A DNA stretch of 64,000 nucleotides from positions 46,814,353-46,878,352 of the forward strand of contig NC_068986.1 of the NCBI RefSeq assembly GCF_001194135.2, in the 5' to 3' direction. A model generated the notes under the pieces. It did no database searches. It was not told the DNA's origin and saw only the letters and a program-made list of their open reading frames with translations. Positions 51,172 through 64,000 of this stretch are shown one piece after another. Source of the DNA: Octopus bimaculoides (lineage: Eukaryota). Position 1 is the stretch's first letter. Each line of letters opens with the position of its first letter. Made by a program: the position numbers and the translations under genes.

Positions 51172-52444
51172 ATACACCACACACATACCACACACACATA
51201 CATACATGCACACACTCACCCATCCACCCAATTTCTCCACTCGTCGTTGTTAATTCCAGGCTCAGATCCCATCACTACCATGATAGCTAACTGACACTAT
51301 TTGACGTAGTTCTCAAAGCACGAAACAGACGATAACTTGGAATGTGCTATTGTAAGTATATAGCTACTAGGTACAATTTCAAAGTAATTTGTTACAGATA
51401 TTTGATTTTAATTTTTAGATAGCAAATAAGTACAATGTTACATATTAAAAAATTATGTAAATTTGTTAACTATTTAATGTAAATGAGAAACATCTATTAA
51501 ATATCTAATATATTTTGTTATTATTGGTCTTTGTTGTGGTAATTAAGCATAATGCAGCTGAAATTTTTACAGTAGTTTTGGAGATAATACGAAACCAGAG
51601 AACGAATTACCAAATTATACATCTTGTTACGTTTGTATATTTGTATTAGTTCATGACAACCTATAATAAAGAATAGTAGTTATTTCAAGAGCAAATTTTG
51701 ATATAACAATTATCTCTCCTTAAGTCACTTATATTCAATCTTGACTAATTTTACAATTAATACAATTCTAAAATCTATACTACACTTCACAATGAGATAT
51801 CCCGAAAGCAATCTTTCTTGAGTATCTACAATAGCTCTAGCTGTCAATAGCATACGATATTCTTTTATGTATTCCTTTCAAGTAATCTCGTACTTACCTG
51901 CTTGCAGCGTTTCTTAGCTGTGAATAATAAATTAAGACATATTTCTTAATATGACAATTTATTCTAAGATATACTGTATAGGAAAATTACAGTATAGTTT
52001 AAACATAAAACTGGTACAATGTTAGTTGATATAGATTAGAATCAAAAGAGATTGAATACCTGAAATAACTTGCTTTGCGTTAGAGTTCGTGACACATCAA
52101 AAGGCAGTATATTCTTCGTCAATGGCGCGACTTGCGTGTATTAATCATATTTTGGATAAGATAGTATAAATTATCTAAACATAATATCAGAAAATCATTG
52201 TTAATAGTATTACTATAACATCATAGTCATTAACTCATGTATAACTTCACTTAAATGCATTATTCCATTACTGGATAAAAATTAATCTGTATATATCGTT
52301 TAATTCTGAATATTTGTAACCCTAATACTTTGCACTGTCTATGTACATTTTAAGACTGAAATTCCTATTATCCCATATCACAAATAGAAATACAAATATT
52401 GCGCTCTCTTCATTAAAGGATAGTTATTTTTGCTATTGAGCAAG

Positions 52445-53012
52445 GGATTGAATTGGCCGGATCGTTGCCTTTCATCCTTTCATCCCATCCTGGTCGATAA
52501 AATAAAGTGCCAGTCTTTATTTAGGAAGATTAAATTGACTAAACATGCCCCCTCCAAATTCGTGGCTTCGCTCCTTTATTGGAAAGAAGTATTGCAGATT
52601 GGCAAAAATGTTAACGCATTGGACGAAATGTTCTGTGGCATTTATTCCAGTTCTTCATTTTCAGGGTTTAAGTCTTGAGGAGGTCTGCTTTATCTATCAA
52701 CTCTCCGGTAACGTTAAATCAAGTACTATTTAAGAACTAAGGTTGAATTAATCAATTATACTTATTCCCGAAATTAGAGGTTATGATGGAAACAATTATT
52801 GTTATTAAGATGGAAGGCGGTGAGCTAGTAGAATCGTTAGCACGCCGGGCAAAATGCTTCGTGGCATTTCGTCCGTCTTGACGTTTTGACTATGCCTTTC
52901 ATCTTTTCGGGGTCTATAAAATAAGTACCAGTTAAACTCTGAGATTGGTGTAATCGACTGACACTCTGCCCCCAAATTTCAAGCCTTCTGTCTGTAGCAG
53001 AAAGGATTATTA
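52445..53012 (+). mobile_element. Cluster of SINE family A copies and fragments
   Basis: Pieces at ~52445-52590 and 52595-52735, and a near-full copy at 52815-53012 with TSD-like TTA(T/A)TAAGATG. Confidence 0.75.
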
Positions 53013-53357
53013 ATAAGATGCCATCATCCTATGGCGACTTGGAGAATAGAAAAGTATTTATTCCTAACTCTACACAGAACTACACATGAGCTGAAAAAAA
53101 TTATAAACAATTGAATCTATATCAGTATATTGTTTGTACTTAGTTTATGAATAGGCTTAACTTTGAATATTTTAGAAATCTTACAACTAGTTTCAAACTT
53201 GAATACACGCAGATCAAGAAAACTGCATTAATAGCAATGTTAATAAAAATGAAGTGAAATATATTCAGCCTTTATACATCTGATTCGCTCCACTTGAAGT
53301 TTGCTTCTTTCTCTATGACGCTCGCCGAGTTAACTTGATATTACATTACAAAAGCTG

Positions 53358-53827
53358 ATATAGATTAGTGATAAGGTGGCGAACTGGCAGAAAACATTAG
53401 CACGTTGGGCAAAATGCTTAGTGGTCTGTCTTTTCGTTCTGAGTTCAAATTCCGCCATCCTTTCGGTGTCGATAAAGTAAGTACTACTCGAGCAGTGGGG
53501 ATCGATGTAATCAGCTTACCCCCTCCCACCAAATGCCTGCCTTGTGCCAAAATTTGAAATCAATATTACATTAAAAACAGTAATATAGATTAGTGTTAAG
53601 GTGACGAGCTGGCAGAATCATTAGCACGCTGGGCAAAACGCATAGCGGCATTTCGTCCGTCTTTACGTTCTGAGTTCAACTTCCGCCCACACCGACTTTG
53701 CCTTTCAACTTCCCGAATTCGATAAAATAGGTACCAGTTGAACACTGTCATCAAGTTACTCGATTTACACTTTTCGACGAAATCGTTGACCTTGTGCCAA
53801 AATTTGAAACCGATATAGATTAGTGTT
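53358..53827 (+). mobile_element. Two SINE family A copies interleaved with three copies of ATATAGATTAGTG
   Basis: 13-mer at 53358-53370, 53583-53595 and 53813-53825, with SINEs at ~53373-53570 and 53598-53811. Confidence 0.9.
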
Positions 53828-55167
53828 GCTGTGTGATAATTCATTAAAAACGCCTTTTCGAAGATATTATGTAGAGAATCTATCTATAACTTTTGTAGAC
53901 AGCTATCAAATAACAAGCGTATCAAGGCGAATGGTAGCTTACATGCTTATGTTTTCGCTCTACGTCTTTTTTTATTTCAGTGTTTATCATTTTTCCATTT
54001 TTATTTGTTTCTTTTATTTTCATCTAAAAAAAAAATAGTGAAGTGTCTATTACAGAAGTCTCTTGAATATTAATAATTTTTATTTTAAAAGAAAAAGACA
54101 GCTGCCACTGATATTGTTTAACGTTTTGTAAGAAAAAATACTTCAGTGTCAAAATTCTTTTGTAATCGTTTGAGCTTTGTTAACAGATTTAAGAAATATC
54201 TAATTATTAATGCATTTAAGAAGCAAGAATCTAACATTTATTACTACATTATGATCAACATAATAGCTATAGATTTATTTCTATTAAAAGACATTAATTT
54301 GCAGACGGCGAAATTGGCGAACTGATAGCAGACCACGCTTCATTGTAAGACCTTTAACTTGGAATTCTAATTCACTGATTTCACTTGTTTTAAAATATTG
54401 ATTTTTGCCACTGGCACAAGGCTTATTTTGATTTCCTTTTTCGTATATACCAATTTAAAATATCTATTTTGTAACGACACTACTGAAAGGAGTTGGTGGA
54501 GTGCCAAGCTCGCTAACTTAGAGTATTTATTTTCGTAACTTTGTTCTGAATTTAAATTCTGTCGATTAAAGATGATTTTGCAATTTGATTTCCCTAGCTT
54601 GATAAAATAAGTATCAGTATGAGTTCAAATCTTGCCTTGATAAACTTTCTTCTTTACGGGGGCGGGGGGGGGCGTTAAATATATTACTAGTCTAAGATGA
54701 TAAATTGCGGAGCGTCGAGCAAGAAAGCGGCTCTTTGTGATCTGGGTTCAGATTCCACCATCTTTCATCGGTGAAAATGCGGATCTTTTGGGAACTGGCA
54801 AAAATGATGATAGAGTTAGGAAATCCTTAAGCAAATACCCAAATATTTCAGCTAATCACTTAATACCAGTACTCCAACGGACCAACTCACGGGCAAGAAT
54901 GCAGGCAAACTCAGTCCTTGTGCACGAAACTGAACGAACGAATGTGAATTCACATACATACATACATACATACATACAAAACAAACATACAAATCTGCGC
55001 ATACACTAACACCAAATACTGCACACACACACACACATGCACAAATACCTAGATGATGTTGATAAAAGTTCCAATGAAGGAGCCTTGAATCTATGTTAGA
55101 GTCCGGCTCTTTCTCTATTGACAAGAAATACAGAAATGAAACTGATTGATAACATACATACATACAT

Positions 55168-55390
55168 GTGAGGGCGTGTGGCCTAGTGGTTAGGGTGTTG
55201 CATTCACGATCGCGAAGTCATTAGCTTGATTCCGAAGTTGTTCAGCAATCACTTCGAAGTTCGACTTGTGATGTTCCTGTCCAAGCAATGTCGATTTATA
55301 GAGAGAGTGAGGTAATGTGCAGCGCAAACATTTGATCAATATAAAATCGACTGCACAGGCTGATCCACAAGAAATTGCAGAACCACCTTT
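55168..55390 (+). mobile_element. tRNA-derived SINE, decayed
   Basis: GTGAGGGCGTGTGGCCTAGTGGTTAGGGTGTTG (A box) with a degenerate B box TTGATTCC. Confidence 0.55.
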
Positions 55391-56579
55391 CTCGGGCTTG
55401 AGAGGCTACCCTTTTATGCACACACAAGCTCGCACGTGCGCGCGCGCAGAAAAGTGCATGCGCATGTGGATATAAATATGGATGAGAAACCCAAATAGCA
55501 GTGCATTACAAATGATGTCTATTGTATTTTGTTAGACACCCACTTATCACTTGAATATTCTAGCCATAAATTTCCACCAAGAAAGTTCTATGCGAATTAC
55601 GATATACATGCACTAGTCTAGAGGATAAGAGAGCTATTACTATTAGTTTTGAAATAAAATTTACCCATTTCGCATCCATTCCAGTACCATGTATACTTCT
55701 AAAATCGAGGTACTTGATGTCGGTCGGAGAACATAACAGTCGGTACATCAAGGTACATGTAAATATTAATACATTTTTTTATCTCCAAACATGAAGACAG
55801 TAGTCCCAAAAATTAGAATAATTTTAGCTTTAATTCTTCTAAGACATTTTGACATTGAATGAAATGTAAGTTTCATAAACTGCCAATTATAATTATGTGC
55901 AAATTGCAATTGCCAAGTCTCATAAATATAAGCATGTGTGATATACACTGGAAGCAAATGCTACTTTAAGATCTATATGCTGTCTCTAGTTTAGTGTTTT
56001 CCATGTTCTACCTAGTTTGTATTTTATGCACATTAGACCGGTAAAATATATTAGTAATATATTAGTGTCAAATTAATATGGCTCCTTTCACAGAAGGATA
56101 TGCCCCTAAACAAGAAATCAATACACACACATACACACACACACATATATACATATATATATACTTTGAATGAAATTGTCAACTCTTAAATAGTAGAACG
56201 CCAGATTAAATATAAATATATTGCAAAAGTTAGTTTCCCTCCTTTACGTTCTGAGTTCAATCACACTGAGGACAACTTTGTATTTCATTCACCTCGGTTC
56301 AGTTTAATACTTACGAACTCACATATATAAATATATATGAATATAAACAAACTTAGAAAAGTAGAGCGTGTTGATGTTTTTTTAGAAATTAAGGAAATCC
56401 GGAATGCAGGAGAATTGCTATGAAATCATCTAGAAAATCGGGTAGAAATACTTCTATAGACGGACAAAAGTAGATAACAGGTGCTACAGAGTATTGAACT
56501 CTGCACCTCTCAAATACCCGCAGTACTCTGTACTATTGAGCTAAAACACTCCTAATGCTTCTTTTTATATTCTTTTTTA

Positions 56580-56786
56580 TTCTAGGCACAAGGCCCAAAA
56601 TTCTGGGGGAGGGGCCAGTCGATTAGATCGACCCTAGTGCGCAGTTAGTACTTAATTTATCGACTCCGATAGGGTTAAAGGCAAAGTCGACCTCGGCGGA
56701 ATTTGAACTCAGAACGTAAAGACAGACGAAATACCGCTAAACATTTCGCTCGGTGTGCTAACGTTTCTGCCAGCTCACCACCTTCT
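56580..56786 (-). mobile_element. SINE family A, near full length
   Basis: AAAGGCAAAGTCGACCTCGGCGGAATTTGAACTCAGAACGTAAAG..CTGCCAGCTCACCACCTT. Confidence 0.9.
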
Positions 56787-57199
56787 TTATTCTAACATAT
56801 TGAATTATCCCATATTTCCCTTATTTCTATTTTTGACTGTAAAGCGTAATTTGAGCTTGAAGTTTAGCTGCTATTTCTGACGGTTCAAACGAGCACATCT
56901 AGTATCATTATACTAGGGCCGACCGAAATCAATACAGCTTCTACTAAGAAGCATTTTCATTAACAGAGAGAAATCACTATCAAAGCACGTTCAAGACAAA
57001 CTGAAAATGGCTTTACAGTCTAGATATAAAAATAGAATTCTTAACTAAATATTTAAAACTCATTGTTTTACGCTTCTTTGCCCGAATACCTTACAACAAT
57101 GATGATGTGAAACTATGACGAATTTTGTTTATTTCGTATGAAATCAATATTTCCTCATTAAGCCTCTGTGCCTAAAATATATATCTGAATTCTTTGCTT

Positions 57200-57235
<36 letters not shown>

Positions 57236-57477
57236 ACACACTATCTTTAAATACAAAATTAACGCTGTCATTCTCACTGTTCAGGATATATCAGTTGCTT
57301 TTAGTTCATTCTAATTTCTTTTGTTGTATTTTTACATTTTAGAAACATTTCTATCAACCAACCTATTTCTGTCCTACTGCCATCTCATTTGTTCAGAAAT
57401 AATTTCCAAATAATCATTTTTTATCTGATGAATTGGACGTTGTAGAACATGAAAAGAACATTACTCGTTCGAATGAA

Positions 57478-57478
<1 letters not shown>

Positions 57479-57509
<31 letters not shown>
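57479..57509. repeat. Poly(A), 31 nt
   Basis: Read directly; no retroelement body recognised upstream. Confidence 0.95.
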
Positions 57510-57510
<1 letters not shown>

Positions 57511-58799
57511 CATTCAGAGCTAGATTTAGTTAAAGATGTAAAAATTTCCTCGATTTAGGAATGCAATCCTATATTCAACAAGTGAAAATATACAAAACAG
57601 GTACAGATTCTTAACATTATTCCTGTATTATTATTTAGTATAAAATGCAATTATTAGCATATGCTGCTAACAAATGCATATCATTATTACTAAAATATGA
57701 AGTAGTTTAGTGAGACTAGAACTGACCAGGGTGGCTGATTAATGTTTCTTGGCACGATGTCACAAATTTATAGTGAAGAGAGGAATGAGAATTTGTGGAG
57801 TTTATGCTTCAAAACATTCACAGCATACCTAAATATTGATTTCTATTTCACTATACATAACTTAAATCTGCAGATTTCCAGAGAAAAGAAATAAAATATG
57901 ATTAGTGATATCACAAATGAAATCACTTCAGCTGTGAATTAAAACTGATTCGCTGATTTAGTCTCTAGAAACTTACTTCTTGCCTAACAACACTTGACAA
58001 AACGATTTCTATCTCCATTTTTATGTAGGTATAAATATTTTATGTTTTATGGAGAGGATTAATATGAAACGTGACATTCATGACTTTGCAAAAGGATATT
58101 AACAGTATGAGCCAAGAATGAAATAGCTTCAATCAGGTATCTGAGTTTTATCCGCGGTTTCGTCTTCCTGGAAGTTTTTTTTTAAATATCTTTTAGTCCT
58201 CTTCACATTTTTAACTAAGATAGGGACTTGAGTTTCACCTAAATTCAAAGCAGTACATTGATATTAAAGGCGTAGCATCGTTTAATTAGTCTCTCGTACA
58301 AAACTGGCACTTAATGTATTGATTCTACTGGTGAGATTCTTTCTAAAAATATACCAGTATTAATGAAAAGTCTAATTTCCAAAACATTTCGAATTTAAAT
58401 ACATTTAATGAGATTCTAAAATCTCTTCTCTACATTGGCTTCTACATCTCATGAATATATAACTCAATACATGAACTTAGTAAGAATATTTTGCTGCAGT
58501 TATTTCAAAAGAAAATTGAAATTTTTAATGAAGAAATTTGAATTCCTAAGATAGAAAATTGAAAGAATCAGTGAAGTGCATACATAATGCTTCTCTTTAA
58601 AAGTGAAGGAGATAGTTCTAAATGTAGTTTTTAATTGTTGACTTTAAGTTGTCATCTTGCTTAATTGAGCAATTTTGCAATATCGCTTTCTCACTTATAT
58701 TTTGCAGAAAAACTAGATCATTTTCCAGAAGCATGGTTATTTACCTTCAGAAATAATGGATAAAGTTAGTAAAATATTGAAAAGTCAAGTTATTAACTG

Positions 58800-58916
58800 A
58801 TGCTGATAATGTTGTTGATGACGATGCTGATGATGATAATGATGAGGACGATGACGGCGGCAGCGACGGCGAAGAAGAAGAAGAAGAAGAAGAAGAAGAA
58901 GAAGAAGAAGAAGAAG

Positions 58917-58946
<30 letters not shown>
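58800..58946. repeat. Graded trinucleotide tract (GAT/GAC/GGC) ending in (GAA)25
   Basis: Read directly; pure GAA from 58871 to 58945. Confidence 0.95.
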
Positions 58947-58947
<1 letters not shown>

Positions 58948-59637
58948 TTTTGATTAAAAATCACTGACGCTTGTTAAATGAAAAAGAAGAAACTGAAAAT
59001 CATTAAAGAAGATGGATGTAAACTCAAGCAGAAAAAGACGAGCGATTTCATTGTAATTTTTAGTTTCATTTTTATATTTACGCTGTTATTGTAGATAAAA
59101 TGGCCAGCATCAACCATAGGTAACAGGAATGCGAACAGCTAAAGTAGTGAAACAAATGGTGTAGTTAAAAAGAGGGGTCATTGATTGCTAAATTACAAAT
59201 AAAAATAAACGAAACATATAGAATAAGTAACAAATCTTGTTGTATTCAATGGAGTTAGTATAGACAGGAAGCCATCTAGCGACTGAATATTAAAGAGATT
59301 TTCATGTAAAAGCAGCAGTATATTAAATGATTGTGATAGGCACTTTTGTCATTATTGATTTCTGTATGAAATAGGAGCGAGGTTATGATGCCAAGTCTGC
59401 TATACTGAGCAGCTTTAATTACTTCCAGCTATATTATCTTGAGTAAACTGAATCATTCAAATATTGACACTCAACAAAGTTTCAACTTGAACAAAACTGC
59501 AAAATAAACTGACACTTCCTAACAGCGAATTATCTATCTTATTGTCACTAGAAAACAAATGACAGGCCTTATTGTCACGAGTGTATAATATATAGCTAAC
59601 AATGTCTCACAATGCTTATATATTACGATATATAAGC

Positions 59638-59715
<78 letters not shown>

Positions 59716-60275
59716 ATGTATATATATATATATATATATATACATACATACATACATATNNNNNNNNNNNNNNNNNNNNNNNNNNNNNNNNNNNNNNNNN
59801 NNNNNNNNNNNNNNNNNNNNNNNNNNNNNNNNNNNNNNNNNNNNNNNNNNNNNNNNNNNNNNNNNNNNNNNNNNNNNNNNNNNNNNNNNNNNNNNNNNNN
59901 NNNNNNNNNNNNNNNNNNNNNNNNNNNNNNNNNNNNNNNNNNNNNNNNNNNNNNNNNNNNNNNNNNNNNNNNNNNNNNNNNNNNNNNNNNNNNNNNNNNN
60001 NNNNNNNNNNNNNNNNNNNNNNNNNNNNNNNNNNNNNNNNNNNNNNNNNNNNNNNNNNNNNNNNNNNNNNNNNNNNNNNNNNNNNNNNNNNNNTATATAT
60101 ATATCTACCTCTCTATCTCTCTATCTCTCTCTATCTCTCTCTCACACACACACAGACACACACACGGACACATTCTCTAGTTGTCACTCTCAGATATTCC
60201 GCTAGATAAAGTGTCGAATAGGTTCATGAAAACTTAATACAGTAAGTAAAAGCATGATGCATGCTACCAAAGTTC

Positions 60276-60430
60276 TCGTAACTTAAGGCTTCAGCAAAAG
60301 AAGCTGATAATATAAGAGCCACACAATAAAATGTAAGTACTGGAGTCGATTCGTTCGGCTAAAATTCTTCAAAAAGGTGCCTCAGCATGGCTGCAGTCAA
60401 ATGACTGAAACAATTAAGAGATAAGAGATA
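60276..60430 (+). mobile_element. SINE family B 3' end
   Basis: AAGGTGCCTCAGCATGGCTGCAGTCAAATGACTGAAAC..AAGAGATAAGAGATA. Confidence 0.7.
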
Positions 60431-60589
60431 TGAATAAAGAATACAAAATATGATTAAATTATAAACGAAATATACCTCGTTACATACTTTTATTACAAGG
60501 AATAACGTTCAGCAAAATAAATAGAAATATAATGAAGTCTCATATATTCTCACATATGCCTCTGTGTGTGAGTGTGTCTTTGTGTGTTA

Positions 60590-60820
60590 TTTCTTTACTA
60601 CCCACAAGGGGCTACACACAGAGGGGACAAACAAGGACAGACAAACGGATTAAATCGATTATATCGACCCCAGTGCGTAACTGGTACTTATTTAATCGAC
60701 CCCGAAAGGATAAAAGGCAAAGTCGACCTCGGCGGAATTTGAACTCAGAATGTAGCGGACAGACGAAATACCTCTAAGCATTTCGCCCGGTGTGCTAACG
60801 GTTCTGCCAGCTCGCCGCCA
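60590..60820 (-). mobile_element. SINE family A, full length, alternative 3' tail
   Basis: Core as in other copies; the 3' end reads CCTTGTTTGTCCCCTCTGTGTGTAGCCCCTTGTGGGTAGTAAAGA on the minus strand. Confidence 0.9.
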
Positions 60821-62875
60821 TGTGTGTGTGTGAGTGTGTGCGTGCCTGTATGTTCGTCTGTGTGAGTGTCTTTGTGTACGTGCGCGTTATATGCAACAGA
60901 AGTGGTATTTGTTTAAAATAACAATCTATCATCCTTAAAGCAGATACATCAGAGAAAGCCTAATCAACTGCAATATTCATTCAGAGTTAAGAAGACAAAA
61001 ATATCTCAGTAGCAAAAGAAAATCGTCCAGCAACGTTGGCAGCGTGCTAAATATGCTTTTCTGCCTCCCTGCGCTTTGTCAGCAACAAGTATAATACATC
61101 TTGTCGAAAGCCTCCAACTAATAATCAAGAACTTCTCCAAGAATTTTTTAAATCTTGGATAACAGGCAATTGATATAACTCAATAAAATCATATACTGAA
61201 TGTCTGAAACAGAAAACGCAGTATTGAAAGGGACCTGATATCGAAACCAACTAACAAGCATATTCTACACATTTGGCCAGAGATTATCAGTATAAACAGA
61301 AGTACAGGAAAGGTAATGAATGTTGATTACAAATATCAATAACATGGGAGAGTTAAAATATCTTTGAGAAGCGTTCTGCTAAATAAACACAAATACGGTT
61401 TGCTCTTATGTAATATAAGAATTTGAAAAACTGCGATTAACAGTAGTTATTCCTGCAATTGATTGATTAAAGTTTTTCTCTCTCTATGTGTGTAAATCTT
61501 AAAACCAACCAAAAGGAGAAATAACTCCAATAAAATCGATTGAAGTTTTAGAACACATGGAAAAAGCATTTGACCTTTAAGTTCATTGATGAAAGCAGCG
61601 GGTATGTTTTGGTGTTATTTGATCTCCTCAACGAATAGTATTGTACAGTCATCAAGACCAAGAGTGATTTATACATACAGGCAAGCACATGCATATATAT
61701 ATGTATGTATACATATACATATATACACACACACAATATCGCACATATACACACATACATATACACATACACACACGCACATATATGTATGTACATATAC
61801 GCTGTGATCAACAGTAAAAGTGGTCCAAAGTAATGTGTGAATCATTTCTTCATTGATATACAGATATAAAAGATTTTCGAATTTTCGAAAGAAAATGAGA
61901 TGAAATATTGTTTAAATACTTTTATATTGTTTCTTGTGTACTATGTGTTTGTGTGTACGTGTTGTTTAGTATTGGAGAAGCAAACTTTGTCTCTCTCTAA
62001 ATATTGGTAGTTTAAGATGTAGTTTGTCATTGACAGGTCATCAAGGTAGTGTGGCACATGAAAGCTTGTTCTGAGTAAAAATGTTCTATCGCGTGAAATA
62101 ATTTAGCTATAGGTGTACATGTTTAGTTATAGGTGTACTATGCGAGTGCGTGAATGCGAGCCTGCATGTGCGTGCATATTAGCCAGTGACCGTATAAATA
62201 TCGGCATACATGCACCAACACATACACACAGATACGCACATATAAAATATACGCATGCACGCAGAAAAGCACATACTCAAATAAAGAATACACGTATACA
62301 TGTATGCATAGGAACAAACATATTCGATCGTGTTTAGAATTGATAAAAGAGTAGCAAAAATAAAAGAAATTGCAAGAAAACAAGATGAAATCATGTTTTC
62401 TTGAAATATCATCAATGAAGAAACGAAAATACCAGGGAAATACTTGTCTAACTTGTGTGTTAGTTTCCAAGTGGTAGTAAATCCAGGCAAATGTAATTTT
62501 TAACCAGCTATATAAATTTACAGCTCTTAGACTTGTAACTAGTTTGATAAATGCCAACGCACGAAATTCTCGACCCTCGACCCTTGAGTCACTCTACTGC
62601 TTCTGCTAAATATCAATAAACGTACATATGTATATATATATATATATCTATACTATATATAAAACAGAGATGTGTGTGTAATCGCTTATCACGTGAAAAC
62701 GGCTTCAACATTTACTTCCATACTTGTGATGCATGAATAATTTGACCTCGGATAAATCTTAGGTTCTTCATTTGATTTTTTTTTTATTAAGATAAATAAT
62801 ATTGCTTTATATTTAAAATTCACTTCTTTAAAAAGGTTCCTCAATGTCAACTTCCGGTAGCCATAGTTTTCTCTT

Positions 62876-63222
62876 CACTTTAAGTTCAATCGTTACTGTT
62901 CGCACTAAAAGTTTAATCACATTTACTGATGTAATTTCATCATTTACTAACAGAAGTACGGTTTTCTGTTTCCCTGTTGCTGAGGGTTTTTTTTTCTGGT
63001 ACCTTCGATACTGGCTGTTTGGTTCACTGAGTGACAAATTTCGATTCAACATCACTTTAACTTCAATCGTTACTGTTCTCAATAAAAGTTTACGTTTTCA
63101 ATCGCTAACAATTTCACATTTACTGATGTAAGTAATTTCATCATTTACTAACAGAAGTACGGTTTTGTGTTTTCCTGTTGCTGAGGTTTTTGTTTTCTGT
63201 TACCTTCGATACTGGCTCTTTG
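62876..63222. repeat. Tandem duplication, period about 177 bp, two copies seen
   Basis: CACTTTAA(G/C)TTCAATCGTTACTGTTC starts at 62876 and 63053. The units share CATTTACTAACAGAAGTACGGTTTT and ACCTTCGATACTGGCT. Confidence 0.9.
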
Positions 63223-63561
63223 NNNNNNNNNNNNNNNNNNNNNNNNNNNNNNNNNNNNNNNNNNNNNNNNNNNNNNNNNNNNNNNNNNNNNNNNNNNNNN
63301 NNNNNNNNNNNNNNNNNNNNNNNNNNNNNNNNNNNNNNNNNNNNNNNNNNNNNNNNNNNNNNNNNNNNNNNNNNNNNNNNNNNNNNNNNNNNNNNNNNNN
63401 NNNNNNNNNNNNNNNNNNNNNNNNNNNNNNNNNNNNNNNNNNNNNNNNNNNNNNNNNNNNNNNNNNNNNNNNNNNNNNNNNNNNNNNNNNNNNNNNNNNN
63501 NNNNNNNNNNNNNNNNNNNNNNNNNNNNNNNNNNNNNNNNNNNNNNNNNNNNNNNNNNNTT

Positions 63562-64000
63562 GGCAGAGTCTATGTTGTCCATCCCAACTACTCAGAGTGC
63601 TACTATCTAAGGCTTCTATTACACCATGTCAAGGGACCCACATCATTTACGGCCTTACGAACGGTTGATAACACAGTATGTCAAACATATCGCCAGGCTT
63701 GCCATCTCAGAGGTCTTCTGGAAGATGATGCACACTGGGATGCCACTCTGACAGAGGCACAAATGTGCAAGTCTCCTATGCAGCTAAGAAACCTCTTCTC
63801 CGTCATGCTGGTGAACTGTGGATTGTCAAATCCAAATCAACTTTGGGACAAATACAAGGAGGGGCTTTCTGAAGACATTCTTTAAAGAATTCAATATCAG
63901 TGTGACGGTGATGTCACATTCAATGATGACATCTTCAATGAGACATTAAGATTAATAGACGACAAGGTTCAATTACTGGGTGGAAACAAACTTGAAATCT
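63562..64000 (+). pseudogene. Helitron RepHel segment between the Rep and PIF1-like helicase domains
   Basis: GRVYVVHPNYSECYYLRLLLHHVKGPTSFTALRTVDNTVCQTYRQACHLRGLLEDDAHW..QLRNLF..NPNQLWDKYKEGLSEDIL*. The in-frame TAA at 63883-63885 is followed by continued homology. Confidence 0.92.

Larger units (their letters stand above)
62647..64000 (+). mobile_element. Helitron, 5' terminus to window edge
   Basis: A|TCTATACTATATATAAAACAGAGATGTGTGTG is a canonical A/TC 5' end, with RepHel coding sequence downstream on the same strand. Linkage across the gap is inferred. Confidence 0.75.

Noticed and set aside
5145-63885. Long ORFs in the supplied track (for example 5145-6311, 11592-12728, 21867-22841, 48379-49179, 59602-60180)
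   Set aside because: They consist of X runs from N-gaps and YI/CV/TH dipeptide repeats from microsatellites.
1-64000. CRISPR arrays, operons, rRNA genes
   Set aside because: None seen. The sequence is eukaryotic and its repeats are microsatellites or TE-derived.

Overview
AT-rich, microsatellite-dense eukaryotic DNA from a gapped assembly. It is very likely an Octopus (cephalopod) genome, inferred from the tRNA-derived SINE families and repeat landscape. No host protein-coding gene can be supported; the long ORFs in the track are artefacts of N-gaps and microsatellites. The window is a transposon graveyard: at least four SINE families, two full-length mariner copies of one family, a Tc1 remnant, L1/Tx1, RTE, R4/Dong-type and Penelope-like retroelement remnants, two Helitrons and an 8-bp-TSD MITE. 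The main leads are: (1) two copies of a hammerhead-ribozyme-like motif (4582-4650 minus, 4991-5067 plus) whose three catalytic strands occur in a non-circularly permuted order; (2) a 612-bp MITE with perfect 37-bp TIRs carrying a central 88-bp palindrome of telomeric repeats (49532-50143); (3) two dispersed mariner copies sharing the same Trp-to-TAG stops; (4) SINEs stacked at a thrice-repeated target site. Family names come from recalled consensus motifs, not from database searches.
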